This document shows, piece by piece, positions 1 through 13,560 of a stretch of DNA of 64,000 nt. Positions within the stretch are counted from its first letter, which is position 1. Each line of letters opens with the position of its first letter. The notes beneath the pieces are model-generated. The model had not been told where the DNA came from. It saw only the letters and a list, made by a program, of their open reading frames with translations, and searched no databases. Made by a program: the position numbers and the translations under genes. The stretch is from Eledone cirrhosa. Lineage: Eukaryota. The stretch spans positions 21,514,001 to 21,578,000 of the forward strand of contig OZ024761.1 of assembly GCA_964016885.1 (NCBI GenBank), written 5' to 3'.

Positions 1-269
1 TAAAAAAAAATCATTTCTCAATTCCTGCACGAAGTCTGACTCTTAGATAAATGTAAAGGTGTAATATAATCAGTTTCTGTTTGCAATTAAGGTTTGGTCG
101 ATCTCACCTGTCCAGGGGGCCTCTGAATGGCCACAGGGAGGGCGGTGTCCAAAGACCACGCCGGCACCTCCCAAAGACCACGACCTCTCACATGATTCTC
201 TCCAATACCATCCACCCCTCTCAACTCTCCAAAATACCATCCACTCCTTTAATGCTCTACAACACCACC

Positions 270-1303
270 CACCCGTCTCACGAGCCCTCCCCCTTCTTAC
301 CATCGCTATCCACCCGTCTCACGACCCCCCCCTCTCTCTCTCCATCACTATCCACCCGTCTCACGACCCCCCCCTCCTCTCTCTCCATCACTATCCACCC
401 GTCTCACGACCCCCCCCTCTCTCCATCACTATCCACCCGTCTCACGACCCCCCCTCTCTCTCCATCGCTATCCACCCGTCTCACGACCCCCCCCTCTCTC
501 CATCACTATCCACCCGTCTCACGACCCCCCTCTCTCTCTCCATCACTATCCACCCGTCTCACGACCCCCCCTCCTCTCTCTCCATCACTATCCACCCGTC
601 TCACGACCCCCCCTCTCTCTCCATCACTATCCACCCGTCTCACGACCCCCCCTCCTCTCTCTCCATCACTATCCACCCGTCTCACGACCCCCCCCCCCCC
701 CTCCTCTCTCTCCATCACTATCCACCCGTCTCACGACCCCCCCTCTCTCCATCACTATCCACCCGTCTCACGACCCCCCTCTCTCTCCTTCGCTATCCAC
801 CCGTCTCACGACCACCCCCCCTCTCTCCATCACTATCCACCCGTCTCACGACCCCCCTCTCTCTCTCCATCACTATCCACCCGTCTCACGACCCCCCCTC
901 CTCTCTCTCCATCACTATCCACCCGTCTCACGACCCCCCTCTCTCTCCATCACTATCCACCCGTCTCACGACCCCCCCTCCTCTCTCTCCATCACTATCC
1001 ACCCGTCTCACGACCCCCCCCCCCCCCCCCCTCCTCTCTCTCCATCACTATCCACCCGTCTCACGACCCCCCTCTCTCTCCATCACTATCCACCCGTCTC
1101 ACGACCCCCCTCCTCTCTCTCCATCACTATCCACCCGTCTCACGACCCCCCCCTCTCTCTCTCCATCACTATCCACCCGTCTCACGACCCCCCCTCCTCT
1201 CTCTCCATCACTATCCACCCGTCTCACGACCCCCCCTCCTCTCTCTCCATCACTATCCACCCGTCTCACGACCCCCTCCTCTCTCTCCATCACTATCCAC
1301 CCT
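270..1303. repeat. Minisatellite with constant core CCATCACTATCCACCCGTCTCACGACC and variable (C)n(CT)n linker, about 36-50 bp period
   Basis: Core repeated about 25 times. The 408-aa ORF here is just the translation of the repeat. Confidence 0.95.
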
Positions 1304-1910
1304 TTAAAGATCTTCCCAAACAAGTTTATTTTCATCGCGAAACTGTTTTTCTTCAACAATTATCTCCCTTACATTTGTATGTCTCACACGACTCACCGCC
1401 ACCCTGCACTCCCACTCCACCCTGCTCCCCTCACCGCCACCCTGCACTACCTCCTCCACCCTGCTCCCCTCACCGCCTCCACTCACCGCCACCACCGATG
1501 GAGTGGGTGGAGGGGGGGGGGGGGGACATTAGCTAGTTAGGAACAAAAGAAGGTAGGAAGAGAGGAAAGACAGCATACATACATATACACACACACACAC
1601 ACACATATATACATACACACATATACATACATACATACATATATACATACATACATACATACACACATATACATACATACATAGATACATATATACATAC
1701 ATGCACACATATATACCTGTGTACATACACTCGTATATGCACATATATATACACGGATACAAATACATACATGCATACATACACACACACATATACATGC
1801 ATACACACACACACACACACGCATACACACACATATATATATACAGGAGATAGCATGTTGGTGGTTGAATCACTGCCAGTTCAGAGATTTTCTTCTGGAT
1901 GTGGTTGAAC

Positions 1911-3020
1911 ATGTGTGTGTTTATGTGGCAAAATGTGTGTGTGTTTATGTGGCAAAATGTGTGTGTGTTTATGTGGCAAAATGTGTGTGTGTTTGTGTGG
2001 CAAAATGTGTGTGTGTTTATGTGGCAAAATGTGTGTGTGTTTGTGTGGCAAAATGTGTGTGTGTTTATGTGGCAAAATGTGTGTGTGTTTATGTGGCAAA
2101 ATGTGTGTGTGTTTGTGTGGCAAAATGTGTGTGTGTTTATGTGGCAAAATGTGTGTGTGTTTATGTGGCAAAATGTGTGTGTGTTTGTGTGGCAAAATGT
2201 GTGTGTGTTTATGTGGCAAAATGTGTGTGTGTTTATGTGGCAAAATGTGTGTGTGTTTGTGTGGCAAAATGTGTGTGTGTTTATGTGGCAAAATGTGTGT
2301 GTGTTTATGTTGCAAAATGTGTGTGTGTTTGTGTGGCAAAATGTGTGTGTGTTTGTGTGGCAAAATGTGTGTGTTTATGTGGCAAAATGTGTTTGTGTGG
2401 CAAAATGTGTGTATGTTTATGTAACAAAATGTGTGTGTGTTTATGTGGCAAAATGTGTGTGTGTTTATGTAACAAAATGTGTGTGTGTTTGTGTGGCAAA
2501 ATGTGTGTGTGTTTATGTGGCAAAATGTGTGTGTGTTTATGTGGCAAAATGTGTGTGTTTGTGTGGCAAAATGTGTGTGTGTTTATGTGGCAAAATGTGT
2601 GTGTGTTTATGTGGCAAAATGTGTGTGTGTTTGTGTGGCAAAATGTGTGTGTGTTTATGTGGCAAAATGTGTGTGTGTTTATGTTGCAAAATGTGTGTGT
2701 GTTTGTGTGGCAAAATGTGTGTGTTTATGTGGCAAAATGTGTGTGTGTTTGTGTGGCAAAATGTGTGTGTGTTTATGTAACAAAATGTGTGTGTTTATGT
2801 GGCAAAATGTGTGTGTGTTTATGTAACAAAATGTGTGTGTGTTTGTGTGGCAAAATGTGTGTGTGTTTATGTGGCAAAATGTGTGTGTGTTTATGTGGCA
2901 AAATGTGTGTGTTTGTGTGGCAAAATGTGTGTGTGTTTATGTGGCAAAATGTGTGTGTGTTTGTGTGGCAAAATGTGTGTGTGTTTATGTGGCAAAATGT
3001 GTGTGTGTTTGTGTGGCAAA
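1911..3020. repeat. About 24-bp minisatellite GTGTGTGTGTTTATGTGGCAAAAT
   Basis: Direct tandem units with A/G variants and TG-number variants. Confidence 0.95.
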
Positions 3021-3067
3021 AGAAAACTCATTTTCAAAATCAAGAGCCAAGGAATCCCCCTCCTCCC

Positions 3068-4340
3068 CACACCACTACCACCAACACTAACACAAACACC
3101 ACCACCAACACCACTAATACTAACACAAGCACCACCACCACTAACACCACCACCAACACCACCAATACTAACACCACTACCAACACTAACACAAACACCA
3201 CCACCACTAACACCACTACCAACACTACCAACACTAACACAAACACCACCACCAACACCACTAATACTAACACAAGCACCACCACCACTAACACCACCAC
3301 CAACACCACCAATACTAACACCACTACCAACACTAACACAAACACCACCACCACTAACACCACTACCAACACTACCAACACTAACACAAACACCACCACC
3401 ACTAACACCACTACCAACACTAACACAAACACCACCACCACTAACACCACTACCAACACCACCAATACTAACACCACTACCAACACCACCAATACTAACA
3501 CCACTACCAACACTAACACAAACACCACCACCACTAACACCACTACCAACACCACCAATACTAACACCATTACCACCACCACCAATACTAACACCACTAC
3601 CAACACTAACACAAACACCACCACCACTAACACCACTACCAACACCACCAATACTAACACCACTACCAACACTAACACAAACACCACCACCAACACCACC
3701 AATACTAACACCACTACCAACACTAACACAAACACCACCACCAACACCACCAATACTAACACCACTACCAACACCACCAATACTAACACCACTACCAACA
3801 CCACCAATACTAACACCACTACCAACACTAACACAAACACCACCACCACTAACACCACTACCAACACCACCAATACTAACACCACTACCAACACCACCAA
3901 TACTAACACCACTACCAACACCACCAATACTAACACCACTACCAACACCACCAATACTAACACCACTACCAACACCACCAATACTAACACCACTACCAAC
4001 ACTAACACAAACACCACCACCACTAACACCACTACCAACACCACCAATACTAACACCACTACCAACACCACCAATACTAACACCACTACCAACACCACCA
4101 ATACTAACACCACTACCAACACCACCAATACTAACACCACTACCAACACTAACACCACCACCACCACTACCACCAATACTAACACCACTACCAACACCAC
4201 CACCACTACCACCAATACTAACACCACCACCACCAACACAAACACCACCACCACCACCACCAATACTAACACCACTACCAACACTAACACAAACACCACC
4301 ACCAATACTAACACCACCACCACCACCACTAATACCACCT
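3068..4340. repeat. Complex ACC/ACT/AAC trinucleotide-derived repeat
   Basis: Low-complexity tract. The poly-Thr/Asn ORF is repeat-derived. Confidence 0.9.
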
Positions 4341-4593
4341 TAAGAGTTAAAATTGAGCCAGGTACAGCTGAGAGGGGGAGGAGGACTATATGACTACAAT
4401 GACTGCCAATAAGATGTCGGAGGTGGAGTGTAGACCAGGAAATATGTTTGTAGTAAATAAAGGAAGTGCCAAAGTAAATTAGTTGGTTTCTGAGGTCCCC
4501 ATAGAAACCACATATCCCTCTCTCTCTTTCTCTCTCTCTCTCACACACAGACGAACAAACAGACAGACACACAGAGACATAGAACAGACAGAT

Positions 4594-4631
<38 letters not shown>

Positions 4632-4972
4632 ACACACACACACACACACTCCATTGGGAAGAGATATCAGGGTGTGAATTTAGTTGAAATTATTATGAAG
4701 ATCAAAATGCCACACAACATACACAGTTAGAAACTCCCACAAACACACACACAACCCTCCACACAACCCTCCACACAAAAACAAACACCCCACCCCCCGT
4801 ACAAACCTCCGCAGTCACACACAAACAAAGACACACACACAAACATGCAAGCCCACACAATCACCCCCACACTCCCCACAATGTTATTTTAGTAACAAAG
4901 ATAGAGATAGATAGAGGGAAAGGTAGAGAGATAGATAGGTAGAGAGAGAGGTAGAGATAGACAGATAGATAT

Positions 4973-5725
4973 GTTTCTTTATTAGCCACAGGGGCACAAA
5001 AGAAGGGGACAAATACAAAGGGGGAAGTTTACATACAATAAAAACGTGTAAAATACTATCACAAATGTAATTTAAAAGTTAATCGATTTTCCCCAATAGG
5101 GGGAGACATTACATATGGGTAACACATACCCCCGAAAAAATGTGCAACCCTCATCTCCAGGAGTACGAAGATTTTGTACTCCTTTCCTCTCTCTTTTTCC
5201 TCCACCTACAGGTTGATATAGAGAGAAGGCCCATTCACTCGAGCCACCCTCGCCACTTTCACCCACCTTTCATAAAACTTGCTGGGGTACAGCACCTCTC
5301 TCTCCCTCCTGACTCTTCTTCCAAAATGGTATTTGAAAAAAAGAATCAGTTGTTGGCCGGAGAGAAAGGTGTCTGACCTCAGCCCTTTCAACCTTGTCCA
5401 CCATACAACCTCTTTCGCCATAGCTATCACACAAAGGAAAACCGCCTCTCCTTCGTTTTTCAAGGAGGGTGGCGGTTTGATCATGACAATGGACTCGGTG
5501 GTCAACTGGATTGGTCCCACCCGCGACAATAGTTGTTCTACATAGCCCCACAGTTCAGTAACGCCCGGGCAGTGTATGAATGCGTGCGCGACGGTTTCTT
5601 CGTCTCGCACGCATCTCGGACAGATCTTTTTCGAAGGGTGCCTACTCGGGCGCCCGTGTCTGGTAGAGCTCTTCGGTAGCACTGCCAGGCCAGGGACTTT
5701 TGGAAGTTGTCCATCGGTCCCAGAA
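4973..5725 (-). mobile_element. 5'-truncated Tx1/L1-clade non-LTR retrotransposon, copy A (C-terminal zinc finger plus 3' UTR, frameshifted)
   Basis: ORF 5206-5682 contains CPRCVRDEETVAHAFIHC (CCHC, zf-RVT-like). The 3' end reads GTGGCTAATAAAGAAAC followed by (ATCT)n-like repeats. There is a short deletion relative to copies B and C near 5660. Confidence 0.85.
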
Positions 5726-5826
5726 AGGTAGATAGATAGGTAGAGAGAGAGATAGGTAGATAGAGAGGTAGATAGATAGATAGAGAGGTAGATAGAGAGG
5801 TAGATAGATAGAGAGGTAGATAGATA

Positions 5827-7285
5827 AGTTTCTTTTATTTGCCACTAGGGCATCAAAAGTGGGACAAGTACAAAGGGGGGAGTTTACACAAAAAGGCGTC
5901 CTCAATAAGGAGGAGGCAATAACAAAATATAAAAATAAAATAAGATATAACAAAAAATAAAATTTTTAACAAAATCCTCAATAGAGAGGAGGCGCCTTGG
6001 GGGGTCGCACACACCCCCGAAAAAAGTGTGCAACCCTTTTCCTCAGGAGCACAGAGAGGGGGTGCTCCCTCGTTCCTTCCTCTTTTCCACCTACAGGCTT
6101 ATGTAAAGAGAAGGCCCATTCACACGGGCCATTCTCGCCACTTTCACCCACCTTTCATAAAAACGACTGGGGTGCAGCACCTCTCTCTCCATCCTGATCC
6201 TTCTTCCGAAATGATATCGGAAGAAACGGACCAGTTGTTGGCCAGAGAGAAAGGTGCCTGACCTCAGTCCTTTCAGACGCGTCCACCATACAACCTCTTT
6301 CGCCATGGCTATTACGCACAGAAACACCGCCTCTGCTTCATCTTTGAAGGGGGGAGGCGGCTTGATCATTACAATAGACTCGGTGGTCAACCGGATCGGT
6401 CCCACCCTTGACAGCAGTTGTTCGACATAGCCCCACAGATCGGCTACGCCCGAGCAGTGTACCAATGCGTGTGCAACGGTTTCCTCGTCGCACACGCATC
6501 TGGGACAGGTCTTTTTGGCGGGGTCCCTACCCGGGCGCCCGTGTCTGTAGAGCCTTTCTCGAACGGGTAAAGCCCCTCGGTAGCACTGCCAGGCCAGGGA
6601 CTTCTGGAAGTTGTCCATAGGTCCCGGGCTGAATGTCCTACCGAACAGGCTGGCCAGTTCGTCCTCCTCCATGTCTAGGGCTTCTCCGAGGGCGTCGTCG
6701 CACCTGCTGCGTACCAGCCCTCTATAGAATGTTGCGGTGGAGTCTCCACTGATAACCGGATCCGCCTGCCAGAGGGCGGTGAGCGCCTGGGCACACTCAG
6801 TGTGCCAGGCGCCCAGTTTTCTCGGTCTTTGCTTGACCCAGGATTGCAGCTCGGTGAGTGAGACGAGTCTGGGAAAGGTTCGTCTCACAAACGAGGCCCA
6901 CACCGGTTGTCCGGTGAGGAATACGTAGAGGTGCCGTAGCCTTAATGCGTGTTTACGCATCATTAGCCACGGCATCCCCAGCCCTCCTTTCGAAGGGTGT
7001 TGACAGCAGATGGATCTCCTCACCATAGGAGCCCGCCCCTTCCAAAGGAATTGGAAGAGCGCGCGCTCCATCTTGGTGAGGGTTTCCCTTGGGCAGGGCA
7101 CTACGGTCAGGCGGTAGTAGATGACGGACGCTATATAAGTGTTCGCCACCTCCGCCCGACCTTTCAGGGATAGTTTGCAACTGGCCCACTTCTGGGTCAG
7201 TGCAAACACCCTGTTCGTAACCTCCGCCCAGTTTTTCTCCACCTGGAGGTCCGGTCCGAACCAGACCCCGAGCAACTTCACCGGG
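5827..7285 (-). mobile_element. 5'-truncated Tx1/L1-clade retrotransposon, copy B (end of RT, thumb, zinc finger, 3' UTR); about 398 uninterrupted codons
   Basis: PVKLLGVWFG (final RT motif), LSLKGRAEV, FLWKG, GGLGMP and CPRCVCDEETVAHALVHC. Stop at 6091. AATAAA at the 3' end. Confidence 0.9.
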
Positions 7286-7451
7286 ATAGAGAGGTAGATA
7301 GATAGAGAGGTAGATAGATAAGATAGATAGATAGGTAGATAGAGAGATAGGTAGAGAGATAGGTAGATAGAGAGGTAGATAGAGAGGTAGATAGGTAGAT
7401 AGAGAGATAGGTAGAGAGATAGGTAGATAGAGAGGTAGATAGGTAGATAGA

Positions 7452-8468
7452 TTTCTTTATTAGCCACAAGGGCGCAACAAGAAAGGGGACAATACAAAGA
7501 CATGCCGGGGATTTTACATACAGTCGTGTAAAAAATATAAAAACAAACAATTACAACAATCGAAATCCCCAATAGGGGGGAGGCGCCACAAATGGGTTGT
7601 TTAATACCCCGTCGATAGAACAACCCTCAACTCCAGGAGCGTGTTGTGCAAGTGCTCCTTTCTTCCTTTTGCTCTCTTCCTCAACCTACAGGCTTATAAA
7701 CAGAGAAGGCCCAATCACTCGGGCCATTTTCGCTTCATTCACCCACCTTTCAGTAAATTTACTGGGGTGCAGTGCCTCTCTCTCCACCCTGATTCTCCTT
7801 CTAAAGTGATACTTAAAGAATGGAATCAATTGTTGTCCGGAGAGAAAGGCATCTGTCCTCAGTCCTCTCAACCTCGTCCACCATATAACTTCTTTCACCA
7901 TAGCCACCGTACAGAGGAAAACCACCTCTCTTTCGTTTTTGAAAGAGTCTGGCGGTTTGATCCTTACTATGGATCCGGCAGTCAACTGGATTTGTCCCAT
8001 ACGCGACAGCAGTTGTTCTGCATAGTTCCACAGGTCGCTTACGCCCGGGCAGTGTACAATTGCGTGCAGAACTGTTTCAATGTCCTGCGCACATCTTGGA
8101 CACGTCCTCTTGGAAGGATCCCTGCCAGGGCGTCCGTGCCTGTAGATCTTGTCACGAACCGGTAGAGCTCCTCGGTAGCACTGCCAGGCCAGGGACCTCT
8201 GGAAGTTGTCCATAGGTCCCGGGCGGAAAGTCCTACCAAACATACTGGTGAGCTCATCGTCTTCGACGCCCAGAGTCTCTCCGAGCACGTCGTCGCCCTT
8301 GTGACGTACAATCCCTCTATAGAATGTTGAAGTGGAGTCTCCACTGATTGCTGCGCCCGCTTGCCAGAGGACTGTGAGCGCCTGAGCGCATTCAATGTGC
8401 CAGGCGCCCATCGTTTTCGGTCTTTTCTTCACCCAGGACTGCAGCTCCGTTAGCGAGACGAGCTGTGG
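7452..8468 (-). mobile_element. 5'-truncated Tx1/L1-clade retrotransposon, copy C
   Basis: Open frame to the stop at 7686, colinear with copy B (MDNFQRSLAWQCYRGALPVR; CPRCAQDIETVLHAIVHC). Same 3' terminal motif as A and B. Confidence 0.9.
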
Positions 8469-9392
8469 GTAGGTAGATAGATAGAAGTAATAAACAATTC
8501 ACTTAAGAAACAACATCACATTCTAAAACTCAGATTTCTAAATATCCTCCAGGAAGCAGAAAGAATGTATATACACACACACATGTATATATAACGTATA
8601 TATGTGTGCATATATATATACACACACATATAGTGATAATGTATGTGAGTGTGTGTATATATACATATGTATACACACACATACACATATATATGTATAC
8701 ACACACATACATATATATGTATACACACACGTACATATTTGTGTATATATATATATATATATACACATACACTTATATATGTATACACACACACATACAC
8801 ACATACATATATATATATATATACACACACAAAGGTGTGTTCGTTTCTCTTGTTCACTGTTTCAATGTTAACGAACTACAGCAGACTGACTAGTTATTCC
8901 TTCCTTCCCCCACCCCCTGTATCACCTCACCCTTCTTCCTCCTTCCCCCCCCCACCCTGTTTACCCCACCCTTCCTCCTAATTTCCTTCCACTAAGTCAT
9001 TCACTATTTTCTTCCATTGCGTCTTCCATCCTTATTTCCTCACCATCTGATGAAAAATTTTATACATTTATAAAACTCCTCTCAGACCCACCTTTTTTCT
9101 CCTACCTGTATTCCTTTCATCTAGTCATCCAACCAAGTCACCCTTTTTTCCCCTACCTGTATTCCTTTCATCTAGTCAGCCAACCAACTAGGGCTGGGCT
9201 TTCACCTGTTGAGGCCCAAAACTATATGAATTTGAGGCTCTTCTCTTAAAAAAATTACATAATTACACATCAAAATGCCACACGCCATACACAGAAACTT
9301 CCACAGGCACCCACACACAAACCCACACCCACCCCATACAAACTTCCACAGACACATACATGATTTTTTTTTATATTAATGTTAATAATAAA

Positions 9393-9423
<31 letters not shown>

Positions 9424-9591
9424 TTTTGGTACCCTTGAAATATATATAATAGAATAAATATGGTTTTATAAATATAGTTTCCATTTATTTAATATCATTG
9501 AATATTATACTCCAGAAACTTGTTGAGTGCTTCGAATCAGTTATAAACATTTATATTTGTTGAATTACCAACAAATTAAATATCCCTTTTG

Positions 9592-9644
<53 letters not shown>

Positions 9645-9975
9645 AAGACCCCCTTCGGAAAAAATGACCATGAGATTTGCACCTAGAAAGTTCTGCACCG
9701 AGGCACAAGTGCAGGCAAAGTTGTTGGTGGAAGACCAACAGTCGCCCATGCATACCAGCCTCTCCCCTCTCCATGCCACTGATGTAGTCCAAGGGTAAGG
9801 CTATGACTGATACAGCTTGGCACCAGTGACATCACAACTCATTTCTACAGCTGAGTAAACTGGAGCAACGTGAAATAAGTTGTCTTGCTCAAGGACACAA
9901 CACATCACCCAGTCCGAGAATCAAACTCACAACCTTCTGATTGCAAGCCCAATGCCCTAACCATTAAGCCAGGGC
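9645..9975 (-). mobile_element. tRNA-derived SINE with CORE-like domain
   Basis: Minus strand has a tRNA-like head followed by GTGTCCTTGAGCAAGACA...TTTCACGTTGCTCCAGT, shared with the copies at 37.9 and 51.7 kb. Its tail is shared with 63180-63280. Confidence 0.7.
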
Positions 9976-10370
9976 ATATATATATATATATATAGTAATA
10001 ATAATAAATGTGAAGACTAAAATCCAAAGAGGACTCGATAAGGATAAATATATATCAAATATATAAGAACCGTAGAGCAAATATTTATTAAAATAACTGA
10101 TTAATGTTTAAGCAAAGAATCGGTGCTTTCACCCTTAACGGGATCTTCTGAAAAGTTAAGGATGAAAGCAGCGATCCTTTGTTTAAACTTTAATCTGTTA
10201 TTTCAATATATATATAAAGATATATATAGTGTAGGTGATTCAGTGAATCACTGGCGTTGCTACCAAAGCAAGCACTCTATTCATAGGCAGAGTGTATATA
10301 GTAGAAAAAAAAAACGTTCAAGTTTCGTTTACATGTATATGATACAAAAATATATTTATTTTGTCACATT

Positions 10371-10462
10371 GCCAGTCTGAAGAGCAGATCAACACTGGGG
10401 TAGGATCCATAACTCCTGTGAGTGACCTTGAGCCAATCCTCTGTGAAACATGCGTAACAGGT
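10371..10462 (+). ncRNA. Putative type I hammerhead ribozyme with long stem II insertion
   Basis: gccagt CTGAAGA GCAGA...TCTGT GAAA catgcg TA acaggt. Complete core, 5-bp stem II base, near-palindromic stem III, GUA site, stem I 5/6 pairs. Confidence 0.6.
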
Positions 10463-10568
10463 CGATATACAATATCATATACATGTAATCGAAACTTCCT
10501 TGTTTTTTTATAATATATATATGGTGCCCCAGCATGGCCTCAGGCAGATGGCTGGAACAGATAAAAGA

Positions 10569-10618
<50 letters not shown>

Positions 10619-11353
10619 AAAATAATAAATTTGAAGAGTGAAATCCAAAGAGGGCTCGATAAGGATAAATACAGAAGATCCCATTAAGGGTGAAAGCACC
10701 GATTCTTTGCTTAAACTTTAATCTGTTAATAAATATATATATATATTTTAATAAATATATATATATATGTGTGTATATAAAGTTGTTTATACCTGCTGTA
10801 GAGGTGAAGTAGTACAGTCTGCCTTATGATGAGCCAGATACCATGTGGCCCACCTTAATATGAGCCATATTCTAAGGGGCCCACCTTATCATGATCCATA
10901 ACCTATGTAGCCCAATATTCAAAAAAGGTTGTACCATGTGTGTGTGTGACATGAGAGAGAAAGATGGGATAATCTACATGAGTGTGTATGATGAAGAGAC
11001 AAAGATGAGATCGGCTACATGGAGATATCAGCCACATGTGGAGAAGGGGGTGTATGGCTAGAAGAACAAAGATGGGGACCAGCTACATGTGCGAGAGATT
11101 GCTCACCTCACATATGAAGGTTACCTTGGTAATATAGCAAAAGCAATTGACAAGAAACATTAACAAACCCATCCAACCTACCAATACTTCATTAGTAGCA
11201 ACTAAAACACCACATAAACAGGTAAATCTCTGAAATATACTTCATTAGACGAGAAATATTGTTTAATCCTCTCAACCTGTTTTAATACGGGGTTTACAGG
11301 AAGAAGAGGGAGAACAGAGAGAGAGCTAAAGGTATTCAATGTGTGTGTGGGTA

Positions 11354-11390
<37 letters not shown>

Positions 11391-11429
11391 CATATATATA
11401 ATTTAATGGATTGTAACCTTATATATATC

Positions 11430-11474
<45 letters not shown>

Positions 11475-12154
11475 CATATATATATAATTTAATGGATTGT
11501 AACCTTATATATATCTCTGTGTGTATATATATATTACATATATATATATATATATATGTGTGCATATGTGTGTACATATGCATATATATATGCATGTGTG
11601 CATATATATATGCATGTGTGCATAGATACATGCATATACAAGCATATATGTTTGTGTGTATATATATATATGTATATATGTGTGTGCATGTCCACACGTG
11701 TATATGTATATGCATGTGTAGATACACACATATACATACACACACACACATTATATATACATACATAGATGCCAGATTATCTGCAATGTGATTAGTCCTA
11801 ATCCCTATAGTGTTTTAATCTTTGACTTGTCACTTGGCTGTTTAATCCCTCTAAAGCAGATTAACTCATACACAACAGATGAGCTTTTGACACCTTGAAA
11901 AATATTTTCAAAAATTCACAGAAACAATAAATAAGGGGAAAAAATAAGTAAAAAGTAAAATAAGGTAAAAGAATAGGAAAATAAAGAAAATAATTTTAAA
12001 AAAAACAAGGAAAAAAACTAAGGGAAAAAATTGAAAGAGAAAAAAAGAGAAGGCCAGCAGATTCATAGTTTTGTTGGTTTTTTAAACAAAACATTGTAAG
12101 TACTTGAGAGGAGGGAGGGGGGAGAAGAGAAAGAAGGAGTGTGTAGTTAGTTGT

Positions 12155-12500
12155 GGCCCTTTACATTCTGAGTTCAAATCCCGTCGAGGTTAGCTTTGCC
12201 TTTCGTCCTTACGGTGTCGATAAAATAAAGTACCAGTAATACACTGGGGTTGATTTAATTGACTTTGCCCTCTCCCAAAATTGTTGGCCTTGTGCTTAAA
12301 TCAAAAAACACCCTGTATGGTGGTCATGCAGGTGACATGACAAAAAGTATCCAGTCCATGCTGTAATGTGATTGCTATTAGGAAGGGCACCCAGCCATAA
12401 AACAGATCTATATAAGCATGACCTGATCCCCTGACTTGTCTCATAACAAAACACATGCAAACTTGGAAGACAGATGTTTAACGATGATGATGATGGTGGT
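12155..12500 (+). mobile_element. SINE (GTCGATAAAATAAAGTACCAG family) followed by a second dispersed element ending in (GAT)n
   Basis: B-box-like GAGTTCAAATCC and the family core. AGGAAGGGCACCCAGCC motif is shared with 19.2, 20.5, 25.8 and 28.7 kb. Confidence 0.7.
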
Positions 12501-13119
12501 GGTGATGATACTGATGATCATGATGAATTCAAAAGTCAAACTCTATCAGGGTTGACTCTGCTTTTCATTGCTATGGCTTCAATAAAAGCCACTATAAGAC
12601 AAATTGAATCAAGGATGCCCTTCAACAACGTTTATGGCTTTGGGCTAACGTAATAAAGTCATTACTGACCTTCTGTCTATATTTGAAACCATTTTACCTT
12701 GAAATAAAACAGAGCGTATCAAGCAGGCAGAAGTAATTATGTGTATAAAGGTCAAAAAGCAATCAGTATTCATTTAAAATAAGCTATTGTATAAAAATAT
12801 ATACTCCAGAGATCCATCAGCCCCTTTTTACCGTCAATAGGGGATATTTTACCAGAATTTCTAAGCTATTATTTATAGTGATTGACTGTTGTTACAGTTA
12901 TTTTCTTCATTTGAGGTTTCCTCCATTTACTAAGAAGTTCAATTCACTTGATGCTCCGACGGTTTATTTACAAATGTTGTTAGATTTAAAAACTGATTCT
13001 TTAGCTTACATCTAGACAATAATTTATTGTCAGGGGTCATTTAGCTCAATGGTACAGAGTGGCCAGAAACAACAATTTTTGTTCATTTAGCCTCCAAATC
13101 ATTTCAAAACCATAGACAA

Positions 13120-13560
13120 GTGTCTTCTTTTTCGTCCACTTATTCTTGAGAGGGTCGTGGGGGGCAGAGTCCTCAAACACTCCTTCCAGTGGGTCCTGTC
13201 AGAAGCAACCATCTCCAACTGATCCGGCTGGATCCCTAAAGCAAGACCAGCCAAGCTCATCGATGTTATCCAACCATCTTGCTCGGGGTCTACTCTTGGG
13301 TCTTTTAACTGTTGGTTTTGCCCGTAAAATCTGTCCAGCGATTCTTTCCTGAGACATTCTAACCATATCTCCTTAGTATCAGAACTGTGATCTCTCAATT
13401 CAGACTAGTGGATCTACCTGGAGTGACTGTCTGATCTCTGATCTACAAATCTGTCCAGCGATTCTTTCCTGAGACATTCTAACCACATGTCTGTAATATC
13501 AGAGCTGTGATCTCTCAATTCAGAGAAGTAGCAGCTCTACCTGGAGTGACTCTCTGATCT
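13120..13560 (-). mobile_element. Degenerate RTE-clade LINE 3' fragment with internal duplication
   Basis: Translates to RPKSRPRARWLDNI...DRTHWKECL-like segments. 13330-13440 is duplicated at 13448-13560. Confidence 0.6.

Noticed and set aside
270-1303. CRISPR-like constant repeat with variable spacers
   Set aside because: The spacers are only (C)n(CT)n length variants, the context is eukaryotic and there are no cas genes.
81-4647. Long ORFs (408, 842, 518 and 535 aa) resembling mucin or Cys-rich proteins
   Set aside because: They are open in several frames and on both strands because the underlying repeats lack stops. No domain or splice evidence.
7286-7623. N-terminal part of the 510-aa ORF
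   Set aside because: It is read-through of the copy C 3' UTR and the TAGA tract. Real retroelement coding starts at about 7285.
9040-9080. CTGATGA motif as a hammerhead core
   Set aside because: There is no downstream GAAA with a pairing stem II.
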